This document shows, piece after piece, positions 9,557 through 20,078 of a stretch of DNA of 40,260 bases. Below the pieces are notes generated by a model, which worked only from the letters and a program-made list of their open reading frames with translations, had not been told where the DNA came from and ran no database searches. A program made the translations under genes and the position numbers. The stretch is from positions 1 to 40,260 of the forward strand of contig CAYVNB010000002.1 of NCBI GenBank assembly GCA_964452665.1. Direction: 5' to 3'. The DNA is from an uncultured bacterium. GTDB taxonomy: Bacteria > Fidelibacterota > Marinisomatia > Marinisomatales > TCS55. Every line of letters begins with the position of its first letter. Within the stretch, counting starts at the first letter, position 1.

Positions 9557-10815
9557 TGAGTTAATCTTTCCAATTCATCATAAAACCCCGGATAGGAAAT
9601 AAACGCGCATTCGGGATAGTCTAAAATTATATCGCCATCAGTAATGAGCCCGGCAGTAGTGAAGGCCATGGCAATCCGGTGGTCATGGAATGTTTCAATT
9701 TCAGCGCCCTTTAATTGTGTTGGTCCTTGAATAATAAATCCATCTTCTAATTCTTCTACATTGCCACCCATTTTTTTCAAATTATTGCAGATAGCATGAA
9801 TCCTGTCGCATTCTTTCACCCGCAATTCTTCGGCGCCCCGAACATCAGTTTTTCCATTTGCTTGAGTGGCAAGAATGGCAAGAATAGGCAATTCGTCAAT
9901 TAATCCCGGTACATCATTTTTGGAAATTGAGATGCCCTGCAATGATTGGTGAAACACGCGTAAATTTCCCAGTGACTCTCCTGCTTTTTCCCATTGTTTA
10001 AGGTATTCTATTCCTGCGCTCATTTTTTTAAGAGCACTAAAAAATCCAATTCGAGTTGGATTTTTCAAAATACGATTCAGAATCAAATCAGAGCTTGGTA
10101 TCATGGCTGCAGCGGCAGCAAAAAATGCTGCTGTTGATGGATCACTCGGTACCACCAAATTGATGGGAGATAAAGGCCAGGAAGTCTTGGTGATGGTTTT
10201 TGTAAGGCCATCTGATGAAAGATTAGCTCCCATACTTTTTAGCATCCTTTCAGTATGATCTCTAGAAAGAAGCGGTTCAGTTACGGATGTTTCTCCTTCC
10301 GCACCTAGCCCTGCCAGAAGAATGGCAGATTTCACTTGGGCACTCGCGACCGGTGAATCATAATGAATGCCTTTCAAATCACTTTTGAGAATCTTCACCG
10401 GTAATTTTCCATTATTACTTTCTGATTTCAATCCCATTTGAGATAAGGGATCTAAAATACGATTCATGGGACGGGAAGAGAGAGAATCATCTCCAACCAA
10501 GGTTGTATTAATGCCATTCATGCCTAAAAGTCCTAAAAGCAATCGTGCTGTAGTACCAGAATTACCGCAGTCTAATGGTTGGATTGGATCAGAAAATTTC
10601 CCTCCAGTTACGATGACATCCTCACTATCATTTTGAAATTGAATACCACAGGCTTCCAGACAGGATCGGGTTGATTGCACATCGGCACCAGTAGAAAGGT
10701 TGGTAATTCGAGATTCACCATCTGAAATGGCAGCAAACATAAGCGCTCGGTGGGAGATGGATTTATCTCCCGGTAATGTAATTGCACCTTTAATGGCCAT
10801 TGGCTTTAAGTTCAT
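9553..10815 (-). CDS. aroA: 3-phosphoshikimate 1-carboxyvinyltransferase (EPSP synthase)
   Basis: Motifs [10 protein letters not shown] and [12 protein letters not shown] are present. The start is ambiguous (TTG 10821, ATG 10815, ATG 10800), and every option overlaps the DAHPS 3' end. Confidence 0.9.
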   Translation of the reverse strand: MNLKPMAIKGAITLPGDKSISHRALMFAAISDGESRITNLSTGADVQSTRSCLEACGIQFQNDSEDVIVTGGKFSDPIQPLDCGNSGTTARLLLGLLGMNGINTTLVGDDSLSSRPMNRILDPLSQMGLKSESNNGKLPVKILKSDLKGIHYDSPVASAQVKSAILLAGLGAEGETSVTEPLLSRDHTERMLKSMGANLSSDGLTKTITKTSWPLSPINLVVPSDPSTAAFFAAAAAMIPSSDLILNRILKNPTRIGFFSALKKMSAGIEYLKQWEKAGESLGNLRVFHQSLQGISISKNDVPGLIDELPILAILATQANGKTDVRGAEELRVKECDRIHAICNNLKKMGGNVEELEDGFIIQGPTQLKGAEIETFHDHRIAMAFTTAGLITDGDIILDYPECAFISYPGFYDELERLTQ

Positions 10816-12133
10816 CTGCAATTAAAAAAGCCAGTTCAATAGCTTGATTTGCATTAAGACGTGGATCACAGTGAGTGTGATAACGGTTTGAGAGATCTGC
10901 TTCAGAAATATCATCTAATCCACCTGTGCATTCTGTCACATTTTGGCCAGTCATTTCTAAATGAATCCCGCCCAAACGTGATCCAGCATTTTTGTGTATT
11001 CGGATATTTTCTTTTACTTCTTCTAATATTTTGTTAAATGGTCGTGTTTTTATTCCATCAGATCTTTTAATAGTATTGCCATGCATTGGGTCACAAGACC
11101 AAACAACAGTCCTGCCTTCGTCTTGTACTTTTTGAATCAATTTCGGCAAATAGGAAGAAACTTTTTCATGGCCAAATCTAGTAATTAGTGTAATCCTGCC
11201 TGCCTCATCATTAGGATTAAGAATATCCAACAGTTTGATCAATTCATCAGTATCCAAAGATGGACCACATTTTATACCGATAGGATTTTTGATTCCACGG
11301 CAAAATTCTACATGTGCGCTTTCTTCGAATCGTGTGCGATCTCCAATCCAAACGAAATGGGCTGACATATTATATACATCACCAGATGTCGAGTCAACGC
11401 GAGTCAGTGCTTCTTCGTAAGGGAGTAACAATGCTTCATGGCTCGTGTAATAATGAACCTGTCGTAGCTGAGGTGTATTTCCGGTATTAATTCCCAAGGC
11501 TTCCATGAAATTCAAACTCTCTTGGATCTGGTGAGCTAAGTAGCGATACCGTTCACCTTGGGGACCACTTTTCACAAATCCCATATTCCAAGAATTCACA
11601 TGGTGCAGATCCGCATAGCCACCATCGGCAAAAGCACGAAGCAAATTAAGTGTTGATGCAGCTTGGGAATAAGCCTTCAGCATCCGCTCTGGATTTGGAA
11701 TACGCTTTGATTTATCAAATTTTATATCATTAATAATGTCGCCGGAATAACTGGGGAGTTCAACCCCATCTTTAGTTTCTGTTGGGCTGGATCGTGGCTT
11801 GGCAAATTGACCTGCCATTCGACCCACTTTCACCACAGGGAGATTGGCACCGGATGTTAAAATAATTGCCATCTGTAAAATGACACGAAATGTATCTCGA
11901 ATATTATCGGCATGAAATTCCGTGAAGCTTTCGGCGCAATCACCGCCTTGCAATAGGAAACCATTTCCTTGTGCCACATCAGCCAGGGAGCGTTTTAAGG
12001 AACGCACCTCACCGGCAAAAACAAGGGGCGGAAAATCCTTTAAAGTTTTTTCCACTTCTCTTAAATGATCCTGATCAGGGTAATTGGGAATATGTTTGGC
12101 GGTAAAATTTCGCCAGCTGTTAGTCTGCCACAT
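10790..12133 (-). CDS. 3-deoxy-7-phosphoheptulonate (DAHP) synthase, class II
   Basis: The size is about 447 aa. The N-terminus SWR..A.H.PNYPD and the motifs [12 protein letters not shown] and IGDRTR are typical of class II (plant/actinobacterial-type) DAHPS. Confidence 0.9.
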   Translation of the reverse strand: MWQTNSWRNFTAKHIPNYPDQDHLREVEKTLKDFPPLVFAGEVRSLKRSLADVAQGNGFLLQGGDCAESFTEFHADNIRDTFRVILQMAIILTSGANLPVVKVGRMAGQFAKPRSSPTETKDGVELPSYSGDIINDIKFDKSKRIPNPERMLKAYSQAASTLNLLRAFADGGYADLHHVNSWNMGFVKSGPQGERYRYLAHQIQESLNFMEALGINTGNTPQLRQVHYYTSHEALLLPYEEALTRVDSTSGDVYNMSAHFVWIGDRTRFEESAHVEFCRGIKNPIGIKCGPSLDTDELIKLLDILNPNDEAGRITLITRFGHEKVSSYLPKLIQKVQDEGRTVVWSCDPMHGNTIKRSDGIKTRPFNKILEEVKENIRIHKNAGSRLGGIHLEMTGQNVTECTGGLDDISEADLSNRYHTHCDPRLNANQAIELAFLIADELKANGH

Positions 12134-12216
12134 GTTGTACTTTCTTTAAGTGACTATCCAAAGATTCCGTCGCCAAAATTTAAATTGATCATGGCTGTCT
12201 CGAATATTATTCATTA

Positions 12217-12984
12217 TCATTTTCCTTTCAATTTTTGTATCAAAAATTTGGTTGCTTCAACAGGGTCAGATTCCCCATCCATATTTTTAATAATGGCTGA
12301 TCCCACTACGACGCCGTCTGAATGTTCATTGAACCAAGTGACATCATCCCTTGTACTGATTCCGAAACCAACAACAAAGGGTGTAGTACTATTTTCACGG
12401 ACTCTATTTAGGTATTCGGCTAATGTATCTCTGGAGACCAGATCATTTCCGGTAATACCCAAGATGCTAACAGCATAAATGAGATCGCCTGCTAATTCAG
12501 AAATTTGTTTAATCCGTTCATTAAATGTATTAGGCGCCACCAACAAAATAGGGGAGACACCTTTTCCTTTTGCCAATTCACAAAATGGCTCAGCTTCATC
12601 CAATGGAAGATCGGGAAGGATCAACCCATCTACGCCGGCTGAAATACAACGATGCAAAAAGGTCTCATGGCCCATTTTCAAAATTGGATTATAATACCCC
12701 ATAAGCGCTAACGGGACTTGGGTTCGACTTCGGATTTCTGCTACCTGCTCAAAAATTTTGTTTAAAGTCATCCCATTATCTAATGCCTGTTGGCTGGATG
12801 CCTGGATGACAGGGCCATCTGCTTGGGGGTCGGAAAAAGGGATGCCAATTTCAACCATATCTGCACCTGCATCGGCGGCGGCACAAACCAATTCCACAGT
12901 GCTGTCCAACTTCGGATATCCGGCGGTGAGAAATGGAATAAGCATTTCTTTGGGTTCACTAAATAATGACTGAATCCTATTCAT
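12217..12984 (-). CDS. trpA: Tryptophan synthase alpha chain
   Basis: Motif [15 protein letters not shown] is present. There is a 4-nt overlap with trpB. Confidence 0.95.
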   Translation of the reverse strand: MNRIQSLFSEPKEMLIPFLTAGYPKLDSTVELVCAAADAGADMVEIGIPFSDPQADGPVIQASSQQALDNGMTLNKIFEQVAEIRSRTQVPLALMGYYNPILKMGHETFLHRCISAGVDGLILPDLPLDEAEPFCELAKGKGVSPILLVAPNTFNERIKQISELAGDLIYAVSILGITGNDLVSRDTLAEYLNRVRENSTTPFVVGFGISTRDDVTWFNEHSDGVVVGSAIIKNMDGESDPVEATKFLIQKLKGK

Positions 12985-14189
12985 AACTTAATCCCCAATG
13001 CGTCTGCAACGGTGTGGACATCCTTATCTCCACGGCCAGAAAGGCAAACCACCACATCTTCATTTGGTGCGATACCATTATTTAATTGTCGCAGATAAGC
13101 CAGGGCATGGGCTGACTCCAATGCTGGTAAGATACCTTCTTTTTCAGAGAGCCACTTGAAGTTGTCCAATGCTTCTTGATCAGTGGCAGAATGGTATTCT
13201 ACCCGTCCAGATTCATTTAAATAACTGTGCTCCGGGCCAATGCCGGGATAATCCAGTCCAGCAGAAATAGAATGGGGGAGTGTGATCTGTCCGTCGTCAT
13301 CCTGAAGCAGAGTGGATGCAGCACCATGTAAAACACCAAAGTCACCCTTGGTCAATGTGGCGGCGTGCTCTCCGGATTCAAGTCCTTTGCCTGCCGCTTC
13401 TACACCAATAATTTTTACATCATATTTCAGGAATGGATAAAATAATCCCAAGGCGTTTGATCCACCGCCAACGCAGGCCACTAATCGATCTGGTAAATCC
13501 TTGCCAGACTGATTTGCAAATTGTTCCTTTGCTTCCTTGCCGATGATTGATTGAAAATCCCGTACCAACATAGGGTAGGGGTGGGGGCCCACGGTAGAGC
13601 CGATGAGATAATAAGTAGATTCTACATTGGTAACCCAATCCCGTATGGCTTCGTTTGTGGCATCTTTCAATGTCATACTTCCGGAAGAAACGGGGCGGAC
13701 TTCTGCCCCCAATAAATTCATTCGAAATACATTAAGCTTTTGACGCCGGATGTCTTCTTCCCCCATATAGACGACGCATTCCAGCCCAAACCGTGCAGCG
13801 ACGGTAGCCGTTGCTACACCATGCTGGCCAGCGCCGGTTTCAGCAATGATACGTTTTTTCCCCATGCGGTTGGCCAATAAGATTTGACCCAATGCATTAT
13901 TGATCTTATGAGCGCCGGTGTGATTCAAGTCTTCCCGTTTAAGCCAAACGTTGAATCCCAGTTCTTCAGAAATTCTTTCTGCATGATAAAGAGCCGTTGC
14001 CCGTCCGGAATAATGATTCAATAAGGTGGTTAATTCATTTTGGAATTTGAAATCATCCATTGCCTCTATGTAATGGCGTTCCAAGTCTTCCAGAGCAGGG
14101 ATGAGTGTTTCAGGGACGTACTTTCCTCCAAACTTTTCAAAATGCCCCTTGGAATCGGGGAGATTATAATTATTAAATTTATCTTCCAT
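12981..14189 (-). CDS. trpB: Tryptophan synthase beta chain
   Basis: Motifs [11 protein letters not shown] (PLP-binding Lys) and GGGSNA are present. Confidence 0.96.
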   Translation of the reverse strand: MEDKFNNYNLPDSKGHFEKFGGKYVPETLIPALEDLERHYIEAMDDFKFQNELTTLLNHYSGRATALYHAERISEELGFNVWLKREDLNHTGAHKINNALGQILLANRMGKKRIIAETGAGQHGVATATVAARFGLECVVYMGEEDIRRQKLNVFRMNLLGAEVRPVSSGSMTLKDATNEAIRDWVTNVESTYYLIGSTVGPHPYPMLVRDFQSIIGKEAKEQFANQSGKDLPDRLVACVGGGSNALGLFYPFLKYDVKIIGVEAAGKGLESGEHAATLTKGDFGVLHGAASTLLQDDDGQITLPHSISAGLDYPGIGPEHSYLNESGRVEYHSATDQEALDNFKWLSEKEGILPALESAHALAYLRQLNNGIAPNEDVVVCLSGRGDKDVHTVADALGIKL

Positions 14190-14193
14190 ATTT

Positions 14194-14865
14194 TTAAGTG
14201 TTCATACGTTTAAGTGTTAGACTGTCCGTGAACACGTTTATACTTGAACAGGTTTCTTTGAGTTTAGTAAAAAGTGTTTTCATTTTATTGTGATCTTTTA
14301 TTCCTGGTGATTTTTCAATCCCGCTATTCACATCAACTGCTGCAGGATTTACAGATTCAATTGCATCCATAATATTATTTGGGTTGAGCCCTCCGGATAA
14401 AATAATTGGCGTGTCAGACTTTCTTTTCAAAAAGGACCAATTGAATGTTTCACCGGTTCCCCCATAAGCATCTTTGGAAAAGGTGTCTAATAAAAATGCA
14501 TCTACTTTGTAGTTATCCATGGCAGCCATGCTGGCTTCATTTTTGATACGAAGCGCCTTTATCACGGGCACACTAATCTGATTGCAGAATTCAGGGGATT
14601 CATCGCCATGGAGTTGGATCAAATCCAATGGAATGCTTTGGATTGCATCATCAATAAATGATTTATCGTGATTCACAAAAACGCCCACTTTTGCCATACG
14701 GTTTTGGGTGTGATTGGCGATGGATTTTACTTTATCAATCGATATGGCTCGGGGACTATTGTCATAAAAAATAAACCCGATGGCAGACGCACCATGGTCC
14801 TCGGCGCATTTAGCATCCGCTAAATTGGTTATGCCGCAAATTTTGATGGGGATCATGACAGGCAC
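14194..14865 (-). CDS. trpF: Phosphoribosylanthranilate isomerase
   Basis: The N-terminus has KICGIT and the gene sits between trpC and trpB. The start could also be the ATG 9 nt downstream. Confidence 0.88.
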   Translation of the reverse strand: MPVMIPIKICGITNLADAKCAEDHGASAIGFIFYDNSPRAISIDKVKSIANHTQNRMAKVGVFVNHDKSFIDDAIQSIPLDLIQLHGDESPEFCNQISVPVIKALRIKNEASMAAMDNYKVDAFLLDTFSKDAYGGTGETFNWSFLKRKSDTPIILSGGLNPNNIMDAIESVNPAAVDVNSGIEKSPGIKDHNKMKTLFTKLKETCSSINVFTDSLTLKRMNT

Positions 14866-15614
14866 CCAATCAATGCTTCCAAAGCTTTCCCGGGATACCC
14901 TGTTTTCATGAGAGATGTTCCCACCAGCACTGCATCGTAACTCAGGTCCGCCAAATATTTCAAATCATCGTTTGTTTTGATCCCGCTTTCAGCCACCTTT
15001 ATAGATCCACTTGGTAGGCGAGGTGCCATACTTGCAAAATAGGAAATATCCGTGGTCATAGTCTTGAGATCACGGCAATTGACGCCCACAATCTCCGGTG
15101 CGATTTCAGCAACAATATCTGCATTTTCTTCGCTGTGAAATTCCACGAATGCTTCCAGATTTAATTCCTTCCCAAAGTTGATAAATGCATCAATGTCATG
15201 TTGGCTCAAAGCTTCTGCAATCAATAAGAAAGCATCTGCCCCTGCGCATGCAGCTCCCATGATTTGGTGATCACTAATGATAAAATCTTTCCGCAAAACT
15301 GGAATGGATACAGCTTTTTTCACGGACTCCAAAATATCAATATGCCCACCAAAAAATTGTTTATCAGTAAGTACAGAAATGGATGCAGCCCCGGCCGATT
15401 CATAATCTTTGGCGATTTGCACCGGATCCCCATTGGGGAGAATATTTCCTTCACTGGGAGACTTCATTTTAATTTCTGCGATAACAGATATTCCGGGAGC
15501 AGAAAGGGCATTCTTCAGGCTCAACGTATCGAATGGTTCAACCACACCTGCATAAGGGTGCATGCGTTCCATTTCTTTCCGTTTTACGGCTAATATTTGT
15601 TCAAGGATGTTCAT
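14853..15614 (-). CDS. trpC: Indole-3-glycerol phosphate synthase
   Basis: Motif VIAEIKMKSPSEG (IAExKxxSPS) is present. There is a 4-nt overlap with trpD. Confidence 0.93.
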   Translation of the reverse strand: MNILEQILAVKRKEMERMHPYAGVVEPFDTLSLKNALSAPGISVIAEIKMKSPSEGNILPNGDPVQIAKDYESAGAASISVLTDKQFFGGHIDILESVKKAVSIPVLRKDFIISDHQIMGAACAGADAFLLIAEALSQHDIDAFINFGKELNLEAFVEFHSEENADIVAEIAPEIVGVNCRDLKTMTTDISYFASMAPRLPSGSIKVAESGIKTNDDLKYLADLSYDAVLVGTSLMKTGYPGKALEALIGCLS

Positions 15615-16606
15615 TTTGTTAATTGCTTGAGTATATTGAGCGCTGCACCGGAATCCACTGATTCAGTTGCTTTCCTTAGTCCTTCTCTTAGGCTTTTGGC
15701 TTTGCCGCCCACCACAATTCCAGCGGCAGCATTTATCAAAACAATATCCCGTTTGGATCCTTTTTCTCCATTTAAAATATTGCGGATTGTTTCCGCATTT
15801 TCTTTTGGTTCTCCACCTTGAAGCTCATCCAGAGACACACGAACTAATCCCAAATCAATGGGATCAAATTCAAAGGTTTCCACAGGACCGCTATTTTGAA
15901 TTTGGCTGATTTTTGTTGTAGCGGTGGTGGATATTTCATCCAGACCATCTCGTCCGTGGAAGACCATTACTTTGGTAGAGCCCAGTGCCTTTAATACATT
16001 GGCTTGGATCTCGGTTAAATCGGCGTGAAAGATGCCCATGGCCTGGGCCTTCACATCGGCAGGATTGCACAGTGGTCCTAAAATATTGAATACCGTGCGA
16101 GTGGCCAAAGCAGTTCTAGCCCCGACAGCATATTTCATTGCGGGGTGGTATGCTGGAGCAAACATGAATCCTAATCCAATTTCTTCAATATCTGCCGTGG
16201 ATCCTTCCACCGGTTTATCAATGGCAATTCCCAAAGCCTGGAGCACATCCGCTGATCCAGATTTGGATGTCATGGAGCGATTCCCATGTTTGGCCACATG
16301 AATGCCGGCGCCTGCCACCACAAAAGTAGCGGTGGTAGAAATATTGAATGTCCCCAATGCATCACCGCCAGTACCGCACATATCAATGGCAGGTGTTTCT
16401 AATGGGACTTTGACCATTTTCTCCCGCATGGCTTGGGCGAATCCAGTTATCTCATCTACTGTTTCACCTTTTGATCTTAACGCCATTAAAAATCCGGCGA
16501 TCTGTGCATCATTATATTCTCCGGACATGATGGAGAGCATTATACTAAATGCGTCGTCTCGGGCAAGATTTTGGTTATCTAATAATTGTTCTAATATTTG
16601 TTTCAT
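15611..16606 (-). CDS. trpD: Anthranilate phosphoribosyltransferase
   Basis: Motifs CGTGGDALGTFNIST and KHGNRS are present. Confidence 0.94.
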   Translation of the reverse strand: MKQILEQLLDNQNLARDDAFSIMLSIMSGEYNDAQIAGFLMALRSKGETVDEITGFAQAMREKMVKVPLETPAIDMCGTGGDALGTFNISTTATFVVAGAGIHVAKHGNRSMTSKSGSADVLQALGIAIDKPVEGSTADIEEIGLGFMFAPAYHPAMKYAVGARTALATRTVFNILGPLCNPADVKAQAMGIFHADLTEIQANVLKALGSTKVMVFHGRDGLDEISTTATTKISQIQNSGPVETFEFDPIDLGLVRVSLDELQGGEPKENAETIRNILNGEKGSKRDIVLINAAAGIVVGGKAKSLREGLRKATESVDSGAALNILKQLTK

Positions 16607-16660
16607 TATATTCTCACGTACCCTGAGTTTTCAGAATGGGACTTTCATGTTTTGAGAGGT

Positions 16661-17230
16661 TCAACATTCGATTTCTAAAAAATTTCTAATGATTTGTTTT
16701 CCTTTCTCCGTCGCAATGGATTCAGGATGAAACTGTACCCCGAAAACAGAATGGGATTCATGTTGAATTCCCATGATCAAGCCATTACCTGATTGGGCAA
16801 TGATTTGTAATTCTTTCGGAAGTGAATCTTTTTCCGCCACCAATGAATGATATCTTGTTGCGGTGAATGAACCATTTAACCCTTTGAATAAAGCCGATTC
16901 TTTGTGTTGAATGTTTGTAGTCTTTCCATGGATAATTTCCGATGAATGCACCACCTTTCCGCCATAGGCGATAGTAATGGCTTGATGGCCAAGACAGACC
17001 CCAAGTATGGGAGTGGTCGCCCCATACTTTTTTATAACATTTACTGAATGTCCTGCAGTTTCTGGTCGGCCGGGGCCAGGTGAAATCACTATATGGGATG
17101 GTTGCCATTGATTAATATCATCTAAATCGAATTGGTCATTCCGTATCACTTTCACTTTTGGATTCATGGCTCCAATATATTGAACCAAATTATAGGTGAA
17201 GGAGTCGTAGTTGTCGATAACCAAAATCAC
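16661..17230 (-). CDS. trpG: Anthranilate synthase component II (glutamine amidotransferase)
   Basis: Motifs MILVIDNYDSFTYNL, GVCLGHQ (catalytic Cys) and QFHPES are present. An ATGA overlap links it to trpE. Confidence 0.92.
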   Translation of the reverse strand: MILVIDNYDSFTYNLVQYIGAMNPKVKVIRNDQFDLDDINQWQPSHIVISPGPGRPETAGHSVNVIKKYGATTPILGVCLGHQAITIAYGGKVVHSSEIIHGKTTNIQHKESALFKGLNGSFTATRYHSLVAEKDSLPKELQIIAQSGNGLIMGIQHESHSVFGVQFHPESIATEKGKQIIRNFLEIEC

Positions 17231-18711
17231 ACCGATAATCCATTCTCTGCAAAATCAATGGCCGCCATGATGGCCTTTGCCTTATTCACCGTTTCTTCAA
17301 ATTCTTTGGTTGGGTCCGAATCATGGATGATACCTGCCCCAGACTGAAAATGAACCACGCCATGTTTTATTACCATTGTGCGGATGGCAATACACGTATT
17401 TACATTACCTGTAAAATCAAAAAACCCTACAGCACCGGAATAAATATTTCGCCTTTCAGGTTCCAATTCGTAAATAATCTCCATGGCACGAATCTTGGGT
17501 GCGCCTGTGACCGTCCCTGCCGGGAATCCACTCATAAGCGCATCGAAGGGATTTTTATTATTAGCCAACTTTCCTTTCACATCAGAAACAATATGCATGA
17601 CGTGTGAATAATTTTCGATCACCATATTTTCCGGTATAGTAACGGAGCCAAATTCAGAAACACGGCCCACATCATTTCGTCCCAGATCCAATAGCATGAG
17701 ATGTTCGGCGCATTCTTTCTCATCATTCATTAAGTCTTGGGCCAATGCTTTATCTTCAACTTCAGAGTTGCCCCGTGGGCGTGTACCGGCAATTGGCCTG
17801 ATTTCTACAGTACCGTCTTCAATTTTCACAAGGAGTTCCGGCGATGCGCCAATAATATCAAAATCATTAATCTTCAAATGAAACATGTAGGGTGATGGAT
17901 TAATATTCCGCAATGCACGGTACAGGGTGGCAGGTGCCACGGAAGTTTGGCGCTGGAATCTTTGGCTTAAAACAAGCTGAAAAATGTCCCCATCCACAAT
18001 ATACTGTTTTGCTTTTCGAACTGCGGATTCGAATTCATCCTGATGAAAATTGGATGAGACTTCACTTTTCTCCACCCAGACAGGCGTTTTGTAATCCACG
18101 TCTGAATAAAGGGATTCAACAATCATATTCACTCGGGCGTGGGCTGCGTCAAATTGGGATTGGAGATCTTCATCTGGTTCTACATTTATATTAGAAATAA
18201 CCAGTGCAGATCCCTTTAAATGGTCAAAGGCGACCATGTCTTCAAATACCATGAAAACAGCATCGGGGACGTCCATGGCAGAATCGGTGTGGGTGGGAAT
18301 ATCTTCGATCCAAGCGATAGTTTCATAGCCGAGATAGCCCACCAATCCCCCGGTGAAAGCAGGAATGCCCGGAAGTTTTACCATATTATACTGGGCTTGG
18401 GTTTCCCGGAGTAAATCAAGATAAGGTGTTTCCACTTCAATGGTTTGATCATCTTCGGTAATGGTAGTTTTTCCATCCTTGTGCGTCAGAATTTTTCGTG
18501 GATTAACACCTACATAAGAATATCGGACGTATTGATTCCCTTTTTCTACTGATTCCAGCAAAAAGGCATATTCAGCTTTTTGGGATAAATGTACCCAGGC
18601 TGTCACAGGTGTAAGCAGGTCTGCTAATATCCTTTTATAGACTGGGACAGTCAAACAATCTTGGGAGACCAAGTTTTGAAATTCGTCATATGTGAGTTGT
18701 GTTTTATCCAT
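17227..18711 (-). CDS. trpE: Anthranilate synthase component I
   Basis: Motifs LLESVE, GAVGFFD and GAGIIHDSDP are present. I prefer the ATG at 18711 (MDKTQL...) over the TTG at 18720, which lies inside the U-run of the upstream terminator. Confidence 0.93.
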   Translation of the reverse strand: MDKTQLTYDEFQNLVSQDCLTVPVYKRILADLLTPVTAWVHLSQKAEYAFLLESVEKGNQYVRYSYVGVNPRKILTHKDGKTTITEDDQTIEVETPYLDLLRETQAQYNMVKLPGIPAFTGGLVGYLGYETIAWIEDIPTHTDSAMDVPDAVFMVFEDMVAFDHLKGSALVISNINVEPDEDLQSQFDAAHARVNMIVESLYSDVDYKTPVWVEKSEVSSNFHQDEFESAVRKAKQYIVDGDIFQLVLSQRFQRQTSVAPATLYRALRNINPSPYMFHLKINDFDIIGASPELLVKIEDGTVEIRPIAGTRPRGNSEVEDKALAQDLMNDEKECAEHLMLLDLGRNDVGRVSEFGSVTIPENMVIENYSHVMHIVSDVKGKLANNKNPFDALMSGFPAGTVTGAPKIRAMEIIYELEPERRNIYSGAVGFFDFTGNVNTCIAIRTMVIKHGVVHFQSGAGIIHDSDPTKEFEETVNKAKAIMAAIDFAENGLSV

Positions 18712-18718
18712 TTTGAGC

Positions 18719-18748
18719 AAAAAAAAACCCCGATCGAGGTCGGGGTTT
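18719..18748 (-). terminator. Intrinsic terminator immediately upstream of trpE (candidate attenuator terminator)
   Basis: The minus-strand RNA reads AAACCCCGA-ccucga-UCGGGGUUUUUUUUU. The stem pairs 18740-18745 with 18728-18733, extendable by AAA/UUU, and is followed by 9 U (18727-18719). The trpE ATG is 8 nt after the U-run. Confidence 0.7.
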
Positions 18749-18793
18749 AAACATAGTCAGTATGTACGGGTTTCTCTAGGACTATATTACCCC
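18742..18793 (-). promoter_or_regulatory. Candidate antiterminator helix competing with the trpE-proximal terminator
   Basis: RNA GGGGU..AUAGUC (18793-18780) can pair with GACUAU..ACCCC (18758-18742). That is 5+6 bp around an internal loop. It uses the same CCCC (18742-18745) that forms the 5' arm of the terminator. Confidence 0.4.
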
Positions 18794-18850
18794 TTCGGAG
18801 TTAAATAACCAGTACCAACTGTTATACTTTTCTGTGTTCATCTTAAACAT
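18782..18850 (-). CDS. Candidate trp/aromatic leader peptide MFKMNTEKYNSWYWLFNSEGVI
   Basis: This 22-codon ORF has UGG-UAC-UGG at 18817-18809, and 5 aromatic codons overall. Its UAG stop (18784-18782) lies inside the antiterminator 5' arm. It was absent from the supplied ORF track, presumably because it is too short. Confidence 0.45.
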   Translation of the reverse strand: MFKMNTEKYNSWYWLFNSEGVI

Positions 18851-18947
18851 TGCCTAAGATATTAAACTAAGTACAGTGCTACTACAAACATTATTTTTCT
18901 AGAATTTATAGTTTGAATATCGTGGCGGAGCCAGATTCAATTATAAT

Positions 18948-20078
18948 CTATAATCCTTTAATAAATAGTTTCATCACTTCGTAACAATTGACTAAACTGG
19001 ATTCAGAGACCCATTCGTCAATGGCATGAGCACCATGACCTGCAGGCCCAAATAAAATGGAAGGGATCCCTACCTGAGATGCCAGAGCTGAATCGGCCCA
19101 GTAAGACATTCCATTATACCTTTGTTCTCCTGCAGCTTCACATAATTTTTCTATCAACTCATCACCATCTACTTCATTAGGCGGACGGCTGAAAATCTCG
19201 GTTCCTGATACTGTATGTTTGCCTGGTGCATTTTCGACAGCCTTGATAACTCTATCCAATTCAAGCTCCAATTTTTCTTTTGGTTCTCCTGGAAGTGTTC
19301 GTCGCTCCCAGTTTAATATAGCTTCTGCAGCGATCACACTTTGAGCAGATCCACCTTGGATTATACCAGGATGAAGCGTGGGGACACCAAGATATGGATG
19401 AGGGTTTTCTTTTGATAGTTCTAAATTGATTTTTTCTAATTCATTTAAAGCTCGAGATAGTGGAAAAATTGCATTAATCCCCTGCTCAGGTCGACTTCCA
19501 TGGGCGGCAAGACCATATATCTTTAACTCGTACCATACGTATCCCTTATGGCTTATGCCTATAGCTTCTTCAGTGGGCTCCATAAATATACCCAGGAACG
19601 GTTTGGTGGGAAGTTTGGGGAGGTAATTTTTAACCAAATGCTCCATGCCTAAGCTGAGGTTTTCTTCATCCGCCACAAAAGTAAATGCCAATGAAATGGG
19701 ACAGTCGTTCTCAGAAAAATACTTTGCCAACCCCATTTGGACGGAACAGCCGGCCAGCATATCATAGGTGCCTCGGCCATAAAGGTAATCCCCTTCTTTG
19801 CGAAGTGTAAAGGGATCATTCATCCCTTCAATTCCAACTGTATCTATATGGCCATTCATAAGCAGAATTCTTTTTGGATCTTTTCCCTCTAATAATGAAG
19901 TTGTATTAGAGCGGTCATCCTTAATGGTGTGGATTTTTGATGGTATATTTAACCCTTTGAAATAAGTATGAATATATTGCGCGATCTCATGTTCACCTTG
20001 GCCCTCCTTTGATAGATCCGGATTGACTGAATTGATCGCTACAAGGTCAGTAAGGATATGGATTAGTTCTTGTTTCAA
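18948..20078 (-). CDS. M20 family metallopeptidase (ArgE/DapE/ACY1-like)
   Basis: Motifs MNGHIDTVG, FVADEE and GPAGHGAHAIDE are present. I place the start at TTG 20078 (MKQELIHILTDLVAINSV), which has AGGAG 7 nt upstream and gives a typical 376 aa. The 489-aa ORF is an over-extension. Confidence 0.8.
   Translation of the reverse strand: MKQELIHILTDLVAINSVNPDLSKEGQGEHEIAQYIHTYFKGLNIPSKIHTIKDDRSNTTSLLEGKDPKRILLMNGHIDTVGIEGMNDPFTLRKEGDYLYGRGTYDMLAGCSVQMGLAKYFSENDCPISLAFTFVADEENLSLGMEHLVKNYLPKLPTKPFLGIFMEPTEEAIGISHKGYVWYELKIYGLAAHGSRPEQGINAIFPLSRALNELEKINLELSKENPHPYLGVPTLHPGIIQGGSAQSVIAAEAILNWERRTLPGEPKEKLELELDRVIKAVENAPGKHTVSGTEIFSRPPNEVDGDELIEKLCEAAGEQRYNGMSYWADSALASQVGIPSILFGPAGHGAHAIDEWVSESSLVNCYEVMKLFIKGL

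Noticed and set aside
18901-18947. An imperfect hairpin GAATcTGGCtccGCCAcgatATTC just after the M20 gene stop, considered as a terminator.
   Set aside because: Only about 4+4 interrupted base pairs form and no U-run follows. The strong hairpin plus U9 at 18719-18748 is the only convincing terminator in this spacer.
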